A stretch of DNA of 64,000 nucleotides. It comes from the human T2T-CHM13v2.0 reference genome, Homo sapiens. This document shows, in pieces, positions 1-12,685 of the stretch; the first letter of the stretch is position 1, and each line of letters opens with the position of its first letter. The stretch lies in NCBI RefSeq assembly GCF_009914755.1, contig NC_060937.1; one strand, 5' to 3'. Below the pieces are notes generated by a model that had not been told where the DNA came from, did not search any database, and saw only the letters and a list, made by a program, of their open reading frames with translations. A program made the translations under genes and the position numbers.

Positions 1-3000
1 AGCATACACAAGTATCAATAGCCAAAACGACCAAGAGGAAGAAAGGATATCACAGTCTGAAGACCACCTTGCTGAAATAAGGCATGCAGATAAGATTAGA
101 GAAAAAGGAATTAAAAGGAATGAACAAAGCCTCCAAGAAATATGGGACTACATAGAAAGACTGAACCTATGATTGACTGGAGTACCTGAAGGAGATGAGG
201 AGAATGGAAACAAGACGGAAAACACACTCAGGATATTATCCAGGAGAATTTCCCCGATCTAGCAAGACAGGCCAACATGCAAATTCAGGAAATACAGATA
301 ACACCACTAGGATACTCCAAGAGAAGATCAACCCCAAGACATGTAATCATCAGATTCTACAAGGTGAAAATGAAGGAAAAATTGTTAAAGGCAGCCAGAG
401 ATAAAGGCCAGGTCACCTAATAAAAAGGGAAACCCATTGGACTTACAGTGGACCTTTCAGCAGAAACCCTTCAAGCCAGAAGAGATTGGGGGCCAATATT
501 TGACATTCATACAGAAAAGAATTTTTAACCCAGAATTTCATATCCAGCAAAACTAAGCTTCATAAGTGAAGGAGAAATAAAATCCTTTCCGGACAAGCAA
601 ATGCTGAGTGATTTCATCACCACAAGGCCTGCCTTGCAGGAGCTCCTGAAGGAAGAACTAAATATGGAAAGGAAAAACCAGTACCAGCCACTGCAAAAAC
701 ATACCAAAATAGAAAGACCAATGACACTATGAAGAAACTGCATCAACTAGTGTGTAAAATAACCAGATAGCATCATGATGACAGGTTCAAATTCACACAT
801 AACAATACTAACCTTAAATGTAAATTGGCTAAATGCCCCAATTAAAAGACACAGTCTGGCAAATTGGATAAAGTGAAGACCCATCAGTGTGCTGCATTCA
901 AGAGACTCAACTTACATGCAAAGACACACATAGGCTCAAAATAAAGGAATGGAGGAAAATTTTCCAAGCAAACAGGAAAGCAAAATAAATGCAAGGGTTT
1001 CAATCTTAGTCTCTGACAAAACAGACTTTAAAACAACAAAGATCAAAAAAGACAATGAAGGGCATTACATAATGGTAAAGGGATAAATTCAACAATAGAG
1101 CTAACTATCCTAAATATATATGCACTTAATACAGAAGCACCCAGATTCATAAAACAAGTTCTTAGAAATCTACAAAGAGACAGAAAATTAACAAGGATAT
1201 TCAGGACTTGAACTCAGCTCTGGATCAAGTGGACCCAATAGACATCTACAGAACTTTCCATCCAAAATCAAGAGAATATACATTCTTCTCAGTGCCACAT
1301 GCCACTTATTCTAAAATCGACCATATAATTGGAAGTAAAACACTCCTCAGCAAATGCAAAAGAACTGAAGTCATAACAGTCTCTCAGACCACACTGCAAT
1401 CAAATTAGAACTCAGGATTAAGAAACTCACTCAAAACCACACAATTACATAGAAATTGAATGACCTACTTCTGAATGACCCCTGGGTAAATAATGAAATT
1501 AAGGAAGAAATCAAGAATTTCTTTGAAACCAATGAGAACAAAGACACAACATACCAGAATCTCTGGGACACAGCTAAAACAGTGTGAAGACAGAAATTTA
1601 TAGCACTAAATGCCCACATCAAAAAGCTAGAAAGATTTCAAATCAACACCCTAACATCAGAATTAAAAGAGCTAGAGAAGCAAGAGCAAACTAATCCAAA
1701 AGCTAGCAGAAAACAAGAAATAATTAAGATCAGAGAAGAACTGAAAGAGAGACATGAAAAACTCTCCAAAAAAAAAAAAATCAATGAATCCAGGAGCTGG
1801 TTTTTTGAAAAAATAAATAAATAAATAAAACTAAAAAACAAAATAGATAAACTGCTAGCTAGAATAATAAAGAAGAAAAAGAAAGAAGAATCAAATAGAC
1901 ACAATAAAAATGATAAAGGGGATATCACCACTGACCCCAGAGAAATAAAAGCTACCATCAGAGAATACTATAAACACTTCTACACTAATAAACTAGAAAA
2001 TCTAGAAGAAATGGATAAATTGTTGGACACATACACCCTCCCAAGACTAAACCAGGAAGAAGTCAAATCCCTGAATAGACCAATAACAAGTTCTGAAATT
2101 GAGGCAGTAATTAATAGCCTACCAGTCCAAAAAAGCCCAAGACCAGACGGAATCACAGCTGAATTCTACCAAAAATACAAAGAGCAGCTGGCATCATGCC
2201 TTTTGAAATTATTCCAAACAATTGAAATGGAGAGACTCCTCCCTAACTCATTTTATGAAGCCAGCATCATCCTGATATCAAAACCGGGAGGAGACACAAC
2301 AAAAAAGAAAACTTCAGGCCAATATCCCTGATGAACATTGATGCAAAAATCCTCAATACTGGCAAACCAAATCCAGCAGCACATCAAAAAACTGGTCCAC
2401 CATGATCAAGTCAGCTTCATCCCTGAGATGCAAGGTTGGTTCAACATATGCAAATCAATAAATGTAATCCATCACATAAACAGAACCAAAGACAAAACCA
2501 CATGATTATCACAATATATGCAGAAAAGGCCTGTGATAAAATTCAACATCCCTTCATGTTAAAATCTCTCAGTAAACTCGGTATTGATGGAACATACCTC
2601 AAAATAATAAGAGCTATTTATGACCAACCCACACCCAATATCATATTGAATGGTCAAAAGATGGAAGCATTCGCTTTGAAAAGTGGTACAGACAAGGACG
2701 CCTCTCTCATCACTCCTATTCAACATAGTATTGGAAGTTCTGACCAGGGCAATCAGGAAAGATAAATAAATAAAGGGTATTCAAATAGGCAGAGAGGAAG
2801 TCAAATTGTCTCTGTTTGCAGACAACATGATTCTCTATTTAGAAAATCCCATTGTCTCAGCCCCAAAACTCATTAAGCTGTTAAGCAACTTCAGCAAAGT
2901 CTTGGGATACAAAATCAATGTTCAAAAATCACAAGCATTACTTCACACCAACAATAGACAAGCAAAGAGTCAAATCATGAATGAACTCCTATCCACAATC

Positions 3001-4725
3001 ACTACAAAAGGAATAAAATACCTAGGAATACAGCCAACAAGGGATGTGAAGAAACTCTTCAAGGAGAACTACAAAGCACTGCTCAAGGAAATAAGAGAGG
3101 ACACAAACAAATGGAAAAACATTCCATCCTCATGCTTAGGAAGAATCAATATCGTGAAAATGACCATACTGCCCAAAGTAATTTATAGATTTAATGCTAT
3201 TTCCATCAAACTACCACTGACATTCTTCACGGAATTAAAAAAAACTACTTTAAATTTCATATAGAATCAACGTAGACCCCATATAGCCAAGGCAATCCTA
3301 AGCAAAAAGAACAAAGCTGGAGATATCACACTACCTGACTTCAAACTATACTGCAAGGCTACAGTAATCAAAACAGCATGGTACTGGTATGAAAATAGAC
3401 ATACAGACCAATGGAACAGAACAGAGACTTCAGAAATAACACCACGTATCTACAACCATCTGGTCTTCTACAAACCTGACAAAAACAAGCAATGGAGAAA
3501 GGATCTCCTATTCAATAAATGGTGCTGGGAAAACTGGCTAGCCATATGCAGAAAACTGAAACTGGACCCCTTCCTTACACCTTATACAAAAATTAACTCA
3601 TGATGGATTAAAGACTTAAATGTAAGACCCAAAACCATAAAAACCCTAGAAGAAAATCTAGGCAATACCATTCAGGACATAGGCATGGGAAAATACCTTA
3701 TGACTAAAACACCAAAAGCAATTTCAACAAAAGCCAAAACTGACAAATGGGATCTAATTAAAGCGCTTCTGCACAGCAAAAGAAACTATCATCAGAATGA
3801 ACAGGCAACCTAGAGAATGGGGGAAAATTTTTGCAATCTATCCATCTGACAAAGGTCTAAAATCCAGAATTTACAAGGTAGTTAAATTTACAAGAAAAAA
3901 CCAACCCCATCAAAAAGTGGGCAAAGGATACAAACAGACACTTCTCAAAAGAAGACATTTATGTGGCTAGCAAACATATGAAAAAGAGCTCACCACCACT
4001 GATCATTAAAGAAATGCAAATCAAAGCCACAATGAGATACCATCTCACGGCAGTCAGAATGGTGATTATTAAAAAGTCAAGTAACAACATATTTTGGTGA
4101 GGCTGTGGAGAAATATGAACACTTTTACACTGTTGGTGGGAATGTAAATTAGTTCAACCATTGTGGAAGACAGTATGGTGATTGCTCTGGGCTCTAGAAC
4201 CAGAAATACCATTTGATCCAGCAATCCCATTACTGGGCATATACCCAAAGGATTATAAATCATTCTGCTATAAAGACACATGCACACATATATTTATTGC
4301 AGGACTGTTCACAATAGCAAAGATTTGGAACCAACCCAAATGCCCATCAAGGATAGACTGGATAAAGAAAATGCAGTACACAGACAGCATGGAATACTAT
4401 GCAGCCATGTAAAGGAATGATATCATGTCCTTTTTAGGGATGTGGATGAAGCTGGAAGCCATCATTCTCAGCAAACTAACACAGGAACAGAAAACCAAAC
4501 ACCACATGTTCTCACTCATAAGTGGGAGTAGAACAATGAGAACACATGGACACAGGGAGGGGAACAACACACACCAGGGCCTGTTAGGGGGTGGAGGGTG
4601 AGGGGAGGGAACTTAGAGGTCAATAGGTGCAGCAAACCACCAAGGCACACATATACCTATGTAACAAATCTGCACATTCTGTACATGTACTCCAGAACTT
4701 AAAGTTGAAGGAAAAGAAAAGAAAA
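1..4725 (+). mobile_element. LINE-1, older L1PA subfamily (about L1PA8-13); 5' end lies outside the window
   Basis: ORF1 C-terminal remnant, inter-ORF spacer, ORF2 fragments in the ORF track ([49 protein letters not shown]), G-rich 3' UTR with GGGAACTTAGAGG...TCAATAGGTGCAGCAAACCACC, and a degenerate A-rich tail at ~4705-4725. Confidence 0.97.
778..4532 (+). pseudogene. Disrupted L1 ORF2 (endonuclease/reverse transcriptase)
   Basis: ATG at 778 reads MTGSNSHITILTLNVN. The RT FADD motif reads FADN. Many stops and frameshifts split it into ORF-track fragments 1208, 2011, 2436, 2806 and 4182. Confidence 0.93.
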
Positions 4726-4764
4726 TTCCCCAAGCAAACAGTCAGAAGAAATTGTTCATCTGGT

Positions 4765-5470
4765 CTTAGTCATTTTCCAAGCATTTACCAGGTGTCTACT
4801 CTTGCTGGGCACCTTTAACTGTAGGGCTAGGGAAAGAATTTGTGATACAGAGATGAATATGAGATCACCACTGTCACTGAGGAGCTCACTGCATGGCAGG
4901 ACAAACAGAGTAGTGTGGGCCATGGCATTAGAATGCCATAGTGCTGAGATGCAGAGAGGGGAAATGGATTAACTCCTTTGTCTAAGGGATTTTCAACACT
5001 CTCACAGAAGAGGTGAGATTTAGTCTGAGTAGTGAAAGATTAGAACAGTTGACCAGAAAGAAAAGTGTAGAAAAAAATATTCTATGCAGAGGGAACGGCA
5101 TGCATCAATACTCCATGTATGAAAAGGCACAATGCTTTCTGGAAACCATCAAAGGTGTGGCTTGTATGTTGAAGAGTTGGGAGATTGCTGGGTGATAAGC
5201 CTGGAAAGAAAGGTTGGGAAAATTTTTAAAGTGAGTGGCACAATAATGAGTTTTATTTTCACCTTCTAGGTTATAGCAGTTTTTATTCAAGGAAACAGAA
5301 TTGCCTAATCTGCATTTTATGATCTAAAGACAGGGTGTAAGATACGTAGAAGAGAGATGAATCCCAAAGTAGGGAGACAAGTTAGAGAACTAGTGCTAAA
5401 GGCCAGGCAGAACTGCCAAAAACCTTAACTAGGGCAGTAGCCATGGAAATGGAGGAAAAGAAAAAGATAA
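4765..5470 (-). mobile_element. L2 LINE remnant
   Basis: CAAGCATTTACCAGGTGTCTACTCTTGCTGGGCAC resembles the reverse complement of the L2 3' end; purine-rich L2-like body follows. Confidence 0.65.
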
Positions 5471-8008
5471 TAATGGCAAATTCAAGAGAAAAATATTATC
5501 TTAATTAAATCCTATGCTGTCTACTATCTAGTCTTTGGCACTTTCTCTAAAGAAGATGTTGAAATCAATAAGAGTAAAAATCAGGTAGTAGAAGCTGGAA
5601 TCAGAGGTCCTGCAAGTCCAAAACCTTGGCCTCCCTGCTGACACTATAAATGGTTTGAATCCTGCCTTTGTCCTCTGAGCCCAGGAAGGGAGGGTGAGAG
5701 ACTAGTGACAGTAGAAAGAGACCATGCTTGCACTAGGAGAACTTTTACATCTAAGTCAAAGTGAATAAAGGCTGGAACAGTCTACCACACAATATCGTGG
5801 ACTGTCTCCCTAGAGGCCTTTCAAAACAATTTCTTGGAAGGTTTAGGCTGGATTCCGTGAAGCTAAGGCACATCTGGCATAATGTGCCCAAATCATTCGA
5901 AGCTCCAAATGGAAATAACGTGCTACCCCAGGCTGTGCCAGTCAGAGCCCATAAAATCTCCATGCTTGTTAATTTCTCTGAGTGTGCATATTGCACTAAG
6001 AGTGGCTCATCCAGTAAGACCAGAGGAAAAATCAGCAAGGGAATGGACATTAGGGAATGGACATGAATGAGAGCAAAAGCACTGGAACTCTGACCTGAGG
6101 GACGGTGCCAGGAAGTCAACTTGGAAAATGATGGAGGAACTGAGTGTTGGAATCAAGCAGAGGAAACACTTGCTGATATTCAGTGATGAAACTCAACCTT
6201 TTGTTTCCCCTCTGTCCTTTTTCAACTTGCAAACATTTTCCAATACTTTCTTCCCAGAGGAGAGTTTAAGAAAAAAAAAGAAAAAAAAGGTCCCTTACTG
6301 TTCTCCTTTTCAAAGCCCCCATTTATGACCATAGACTGCCAGCATTCCTAAAAATCTAAGTCTCTTCTCTCCAGAAAAGTCATCTGGATACAGGACTGCA
6401 TCTGGAATGGGGAGCTAGAACAGGCAGAGGAGTGGGGCACATATACCTTCTTCAGAGGGGAAAGGAGGCAGGGGTTTATTTCAAAGATGGAGAGATGGTT
6501 TAGCCTGTCTTCCCTACCACAGCCAAACAGCTGTACTGACCCTGACCCCATCTCTTCCCAAAATGAGCCACAGAATCAAAGAGAGTATGTTGGCATCAGG
6601 ATCTTGAGGGGAGAGAGTCTTGAGCCTGTAACAATAGAAAAATAGACAGTCATCCTCACACTCTCTTTCCAAAATTAGAACCTTCTCTGTCTTCTGTAAC
6701 ATATCGTGATCTAAAATGTATATTCCTATCCTGTCTGGCAGCTGTTCTACTCAGAAACCCCATTCTAGGTAAGTGGAGATCTTTCTGGTTCCTGTTATCT
6801 TGGAAATATAATTCCCAACCCTTGTCCTCCTCCTACTCCACACTTGACATAGCTCAGGATGTCATCAGAAACATCTTCTTTGAAAGTAGTAAGCAAATGG
6901 GAGTTCAACCTGCTCATGTGTGAAAATGCTGGTGCGTCTGGTTTACCCAGCTGGTGACGCTGTGGTCTTCTACTGTCCAACAGTGGTATCCACAGTACAT
7001 CAGCCTCAATTTCTTTTTTAGGACTGTGATGCTCTGAGTTGCAGTTCAGGAACATCTCCCCTAGGAATCCAAACTACTACACCCTGAAGTTTCATCTTTG
7101 TATGCAATTAGTTACTAAGTACACTGAATCAAATGCTACTTCTAGATTTGGGAGGCTCCCACTGTCCACAAGGGTCACCACTACGAGTCTGAATTATAAG
7201 GGACTTATGCACAGGGCCTTTCCTGAGTCTTCACTCTCTATGCCATTGCTTTACCCCAACATCGACACATTTGTAAAAACAGGGTAGCCTCAGCAGGAAA
7301 AGAAAGAGCTCAGAGTTTTGTGGAAGAAGAAAAAGAATTGGGGGTACAGGGCTGTTGTTAAGTTTATAACTCCTGTTCCTCAGTGACGTCTTTCGTTCTA
7401 CAGGTCTAGCTCCATTCTCTCTCCTTGTTGCCTTCTCAGCTCAGTGCACATCCCTTTGTCCCTATGCCAATGTGGAGTCTTTGGAAACTGCCCTGACTTA
7501 AGAAACTCTAGAGTTAGCTTCAGTTATTGTCAGTGAAGCTTGATTATTAAGGAATTGAGAAGAAAGCAAGCCAGTCCACTGGTAATTACCTTAAATCTCT
7601 TCCAAGGAAAATAACCAAGAAGGTCTTAATGTTCCCCTCTACTTAATTAAACTTTAGACAGGTTTCTTCCAGACTGTACATCATTGACCTCCCTTTTCTT
7701 AGAGCATTTACTTGTGGGGGCGGGGGTGGGGAGGCACGCAGGGACTTGTAACAAGTTTTTTATCTGCCCCTTTGAGATGTAAATCATCTCTAGGCATCTT
7801 ACCAGTTTTACATCCCAGGAATGTCTTTCAAGGGTAAGGAAGCCATCTCTTTGATAAGTAACCATTAAGGAAAATAATGCCCCTATTCCCAAAGTTAGGT
7901 AGGAACCTAACTTTGACAAACACCAAGTGGCAAACACAGAAGGCCAAATCTCACTGACCAACCTTCCCCCAACATTCTCCAAGATTTTTTCACTAGTTCA
8001 TCTTGGTA

Positions 8009-8944
8009 CACTTATGCTCCCCTTAATAATGGGAAGTGTGTCATTAGGCATCTTCAAACATCATAACATGCACTTACACAAACCTAGACAGCATAGCCTA
8101 CTACACAGCTAGGCTACAAACCCATACAGTATGTCACTTTACTGAATACTGTAGGCAATTATGACACAATGGTATTTGCACATCTAAACAAATCTAAATA
8201 TAGAAAATGTTCAGTAAAAAGGATGTGGAGAAATAGGAACACTTTTACACTGTTGGTGGGACTGTAAACTAGTTCAACCATTGTGGAAGTCAGTGTGGCG
8301 ATTCCTCAGGGATCTGGAACTAGAAATACTATTTGACCCAGCCATCCCATTACTGGGTATATACCCAAAGGATTATAAATCATGCTGCTATAAAGACACA
8401 TGCACACGTATGTTTATTGCGGCACTATTCACAATAGCAAAGACTTGGAACCAACCCAAATGTCCAACAATGATAGACTGGATTAAGAAAACGTGGCACA
8501 TATACACCATGGAATACTATGCAGCCATAAAAAAGGGTGAGTTCATGTCCTTTGTAGGCACATGGATGAAGCTGGAAACCATCATTCTCAGCAAACTATC
8601 ACAAGGACAAAAAAGCAAACACCGCATGTTCTCACTCATAGGTGGGAATTGAACAATGAGAACACATGGACACGGGAAGGGGAACATCACACACTGGGGA
8701 CTGTTGTGGGGTGGGGGGAAGGGGGAGGGATAGCATTAGGAGATATACCTAATGCTAAATGATGAGTTAATGGATGCAGCACACCAACATGGCACATGTA
8801 TACATATGTGACAAACCTGCACGTTGTGCACATGTACCCTAAAACTCAAAGTATAATAAAAAAAAAAATGACAAAATCTTATGGGACCACTGTCGTATAT
8901 GCAGTCTGTCATTGACCGAAATGTCATTATACAGCACATGACTA
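8009..8944. mobile_element. Tigger3a (Golem, TcMar-Tigger) non-autonomous DNA transposon, split by an L1PA
   Basis: Contains CACAAACCTAGACAGCATAGCCTACTACAC and the terminus ATCTTATGGGACCACTGTCGTATATGCAGTCTGTCATTGACCGAAATGTCATTATACAGCACATGACT. TA lies at both ends (8007-8008, 8945-8946). Confidence 0.85.
8221..8868 (+). mobile_element. 5'-truncated young L1PA (L1PA3-5-like) 3' end
   Basis: Intact ORF2 C-terminus (ORF 8281-8652 ending HRMFSLIGGN*), 3' UTR GATAGCATTAGGAGATATACCTAATGCTAAATGA, and poly(A) tail. Confidence 0.95.
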
Positions 8945-9033
8945 TACTTAAAACCACTCTTGCCTTTTGTTTCAGGGAGAGTTGGGTTCAGTCTCTTTCC
9001 TTCATTGGAATAGTCTTCACCCCATTCTAATAA

Positions 9034-9305
<272 letters not shown>

Positions 9306-9434
9306 CAATAATCTTAAATAATTTTTTCCTTCCCTGCTTAACTGAAATTTTTCTCTTACAGAACCCAGAATTCCAAACTTGGATATCTGTTTCAACTTAA
9401 TTCTCTGTATTGTCAATTCAAAAAGAGTAATTGT

Positions 9435-9690
9435 TGGATACACATCATTATTGATTTGTCAAAACCTGTAGAATATACAATACTAAGAGTGAACCTTAAG
9501 GCAAACCATGGACTTTGAATGATAATAACATGTCAGTGTAAGTTCTTCAATCATAACAAATATACTCCACTGGGACAGGATGTTGATAATGGGAGAAGGC
9601 TGTACGTATGTGTGGGTGGGAGTTATGTGAAAACTCTATGTACTTTCTGCTTAATTTTCCTGTGACTCTAACCAAAAAAATAAAGTCTAA
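9435..9690 (+). mobile_element. L1MC-type 3' end
   Basis: GAGTGAACCTTAA...GGACTTTG...GATGTTGATAATGGGAGAAGGCTGT...AAACTCTATGTACTTTCTGCTTAATTTT...AATAAAGTCTA. Confidence 0.8.
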
Positions 9691-10132
9691 TATTTTTAAA
9701 CATTTCATTGTGCCGTTTAAACTTGTGTGACATTTTAAAATTTTTATGTCCTCCTATCTGATTCTTACATTACCTTCAATAGATGCCTTGTGTGCCTTTA
9801 GAGAGAGAGATTGGAGCAGAATTCCTTAAACCTCTCAATGACAATCCAAAGCTGGAATCCAGTGGATCTGTCTCTGAATATTGTGACTAGAAAAAAACTG
9901 CATTTAAAACAGAAAGCTGGTAGAAAGCGAGACATTAAGTTTCACAAGCCCTGAAGGTGGGCTGGGGAAACTTTCTAATAAACAAGACTGTGTCCCGGTT
10001 CCCTACAGCGTTAAGCAGAGAGGATTGACGTTCATTTCAATCAACATATGTTGTAATATGTGAAAATATCTTAGACGTGGAGTAAACATTTACAGGTTTG
10101 CCTTAAATATGTGACCCCTATTCCAATAACCT

Positions 10133-10245
10133 TTCTGTTGTTTGTTTGTTTTCTAGATGGAGTTTTGCTCTGTCGCCCCGGCTGGAGTGCAGTGAGGCAA
10201 TCTCAGCTCACGCAACCTCTGCCTCCCAGGTTCAAAGTGATTCTT
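10133..10245 (-). mobile_element. 5'-truncated Alu (right-monomer end only)
   Basis: (TTTG)n tail followed by AGATGGAGTTTTGCTCTGTCGCCCCGGCTGGAGTGCAGTG...CCCAGGTTCAA. Confidence 0.9.
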
Positions 10246-11929
10246 TTTTAAATGACTGTTATTTTAACTAAGATTTTAAAAATGTATACTATGTAGCAAT
10301 GTTTAATTTCTTATCACAGGACCTATCTTCCTTTACCTTCTGATTTGATTACATTTATTTTTCTACTCCAACTTTCAGTGCATCAGGGTTTAGTTTTCCT
10401 GAATTAACTACTATGAAATTGATGGCTCTCTCTCACTGGTCTGCATACAGCTACCTAAGTCCAGGTAGAATAAGACTGATCACTCCTTGGTAAGCTCCTT
10501 TGCTCATTAGCAGACCCCTATTACCCTTCTGTAGAACAGAGAATCCCACGTGCAGTTTCCTTTTTTATTTACGTAGCTCGTGTGCCGTTTTAAAATTTTT
10601 GTCCTCCTATCTGATTTGCCACTGCAAATTGCACACTACTAAATGTTTCCTAAGGAAAAGGAGGTTATGCAACAGAAAATTGGATCCCTACAAGTTATTA
10701 AATCCTTAGTGGTCACTTTGCTTTCATCATTTCACCTTTAAATAAAGGCTGTAACATTTACAAGCCACTATGTGACTTGCACGCGTAAGAACACTGCCTG
10801 GCTATTTACAGTACATTGCCTCGCGAGATGGGGGGTGATTCCCTCTCGCATTAAAATGCTCAAAAGCAATCAGCTGTGCTGCCTATCATACAATCCAAGT
10901 AAGATCATAAAGGAAAATAAGAATTACGTTCAAATTGTATCAAATTGTGTCCTACATAGAAGGATGACTGTGTTCACGTAAACAAAAATATTTTGGTAGA
11001 TGAATTACTTGATTTCTAGACTTTATCTTAAAATTCATAGACTGCATTTGCTTAAAAAGGCAGGGGGAGTATTGAAAATTTTGTAAAATTCATAATGGCT
11101 CTATAAAGAGAAGTTATGATTCAGATGAATTTTAATTTCTTTCAGGCTAATCACAAAAGTTCAGTTAATTAACACCAAAATAGCTTTTTTCACTCTCATA
11201 GTAAATATACGAAAATTTTACCTTGTACGGCATTTTTAACAGCATAGATTTTTATTTGCAAACTCAAGATCCACGGAGAGGCAATCCTGTTAAACTCATT
11301 TTGACCACAGAAATTAATCCATTCTACAGTATTGCTCATAGTATTTAAAGGGCAGGGAGACCAAACACTGCCTGTCAAAATCCTGCACATGCCTGATGCT
11401 AAGCTGCCATCTGTGTCCTCAAGCCTTAGTGAAGTGTCACCACAGCCATTGGCCCAATGCTAAGTTCTGTGGCAGTACTTAAACTACTGTGTTTCGTACT
11501 ATAACTACCTATATCATTTTGTTTTCTCCAAACACACAACCACATGTTTAACTGAAGGTTCTTTGAAATCAGACTGTGGGTCTAAATTTTCTAAGTTATA
11601 GCACCTAGTTCAGAGACCTATGCACAGTAGACTCTTGGAGAATGAATAAATCATTGCACATTTCAGGAAACCACTAATACATGGTATTAAACTATATTAC
11701 CACTAAAGTATCCTATTTCCCAATTTCTGATTTGCTCTTCTACAAAACTCAGCATACATACACATAACAAATAAACACACATTTAAAGCCATTTCCCCTT
11801 GTTCTTCATCCTCTTTTTTAATCCACTGCAAAACTGACCCTAAAGATGGCAGAAAACACCAGTATACCCAGTCCAAAACTTAGCCAGATCTACAGAGGAA
11901 TACACTCCTAGCTTGTCCCCTTGTTACTG

Positions 11930-12685
11930 AGTTCATATATACTCACTATGTCCCAGGCAATTTCCTTGAATAGAAACACAGTGGTGGGCAAAGCCGACTT
12001 GGCACCTGCCTTATGGTGTCTGCAATCCACTTAGGGAGATAGACACTAAGTAAACGAATAAATACCAATATGACTACCATTTGGGTAAATGAAAAGAAAA
12101 TGACACTAAGAGAAATTTATGTTAGAGAAGACTCGCTTTAGAATGAGTGGTCTGGAAAAACCTCTGAAGTATTATTCAAGTTGACATTCAAAGGGTATGC
12201 AATAGCTAGTAAGGAAAAGAGAATTTTACACACAAAAAAAACAGAGACGTAGGGAAGAATGGGTGTACTTCAGGCACTGAAATTTAGTGGGAGATGGAGA
12301 GAGAATAGCATTTCTGAATATTGGGAAGAAAAGGCCAGAAGCTGATTATACTAAGCCATAGACACCATGGTGAGGCGTTTGAAGAAAGTTAAGTCTGGCT
12401 TGTGTGTGGAGAATGGATTAGAATGGGAGCAAAATTGGAAGCGGGACCATTTAGGGCCAGTGTAGTAGTCCACGTAAGAAATAAAAGAGGTGGACCACAA
12501 TGCCAGTGGGGGACATAAAGAAAAGTAGACAGGTTTAAGATGTATTTTGAAGAAAAAAGTCTCTAAGAGTTGATGATGGATTGAATATATGAGATGAGGA
12601 AAGGGAAGAACCAAGACTGATTCTCAGATTTCAGACTAGCATCTGGATGAATGGAGATGCCATTTAATGACAGAGGATCACTGGA
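11930..12685 (-). mobile_element. L2 LINE remnant
   Basis: CACTATGTCCCAGGCA at the start; GGAAGAACCAAGACTGATTCTCAGATTTCAGACTAGCATCTGGATGAATGGAGATGCCATTTAATGA at the end. Confidence 0.75.

Noticed and set aside
5751-6119. Overlapping 122-aa (-) and 101-aa (+) ORFs
   Set aside because: Non-ATG starts, no recognisable protein motif and no exon structure.
6739-6774. Possible + strand micro-exon ending at TAG|GTAAGT, and isolated consensus donors near 36981 (+), 16720 (-) and 32870 (-)
   Set aside because: Isolated consensus splice sites are common in 64 kb, and there is no consistent open reading frame or partner exon.
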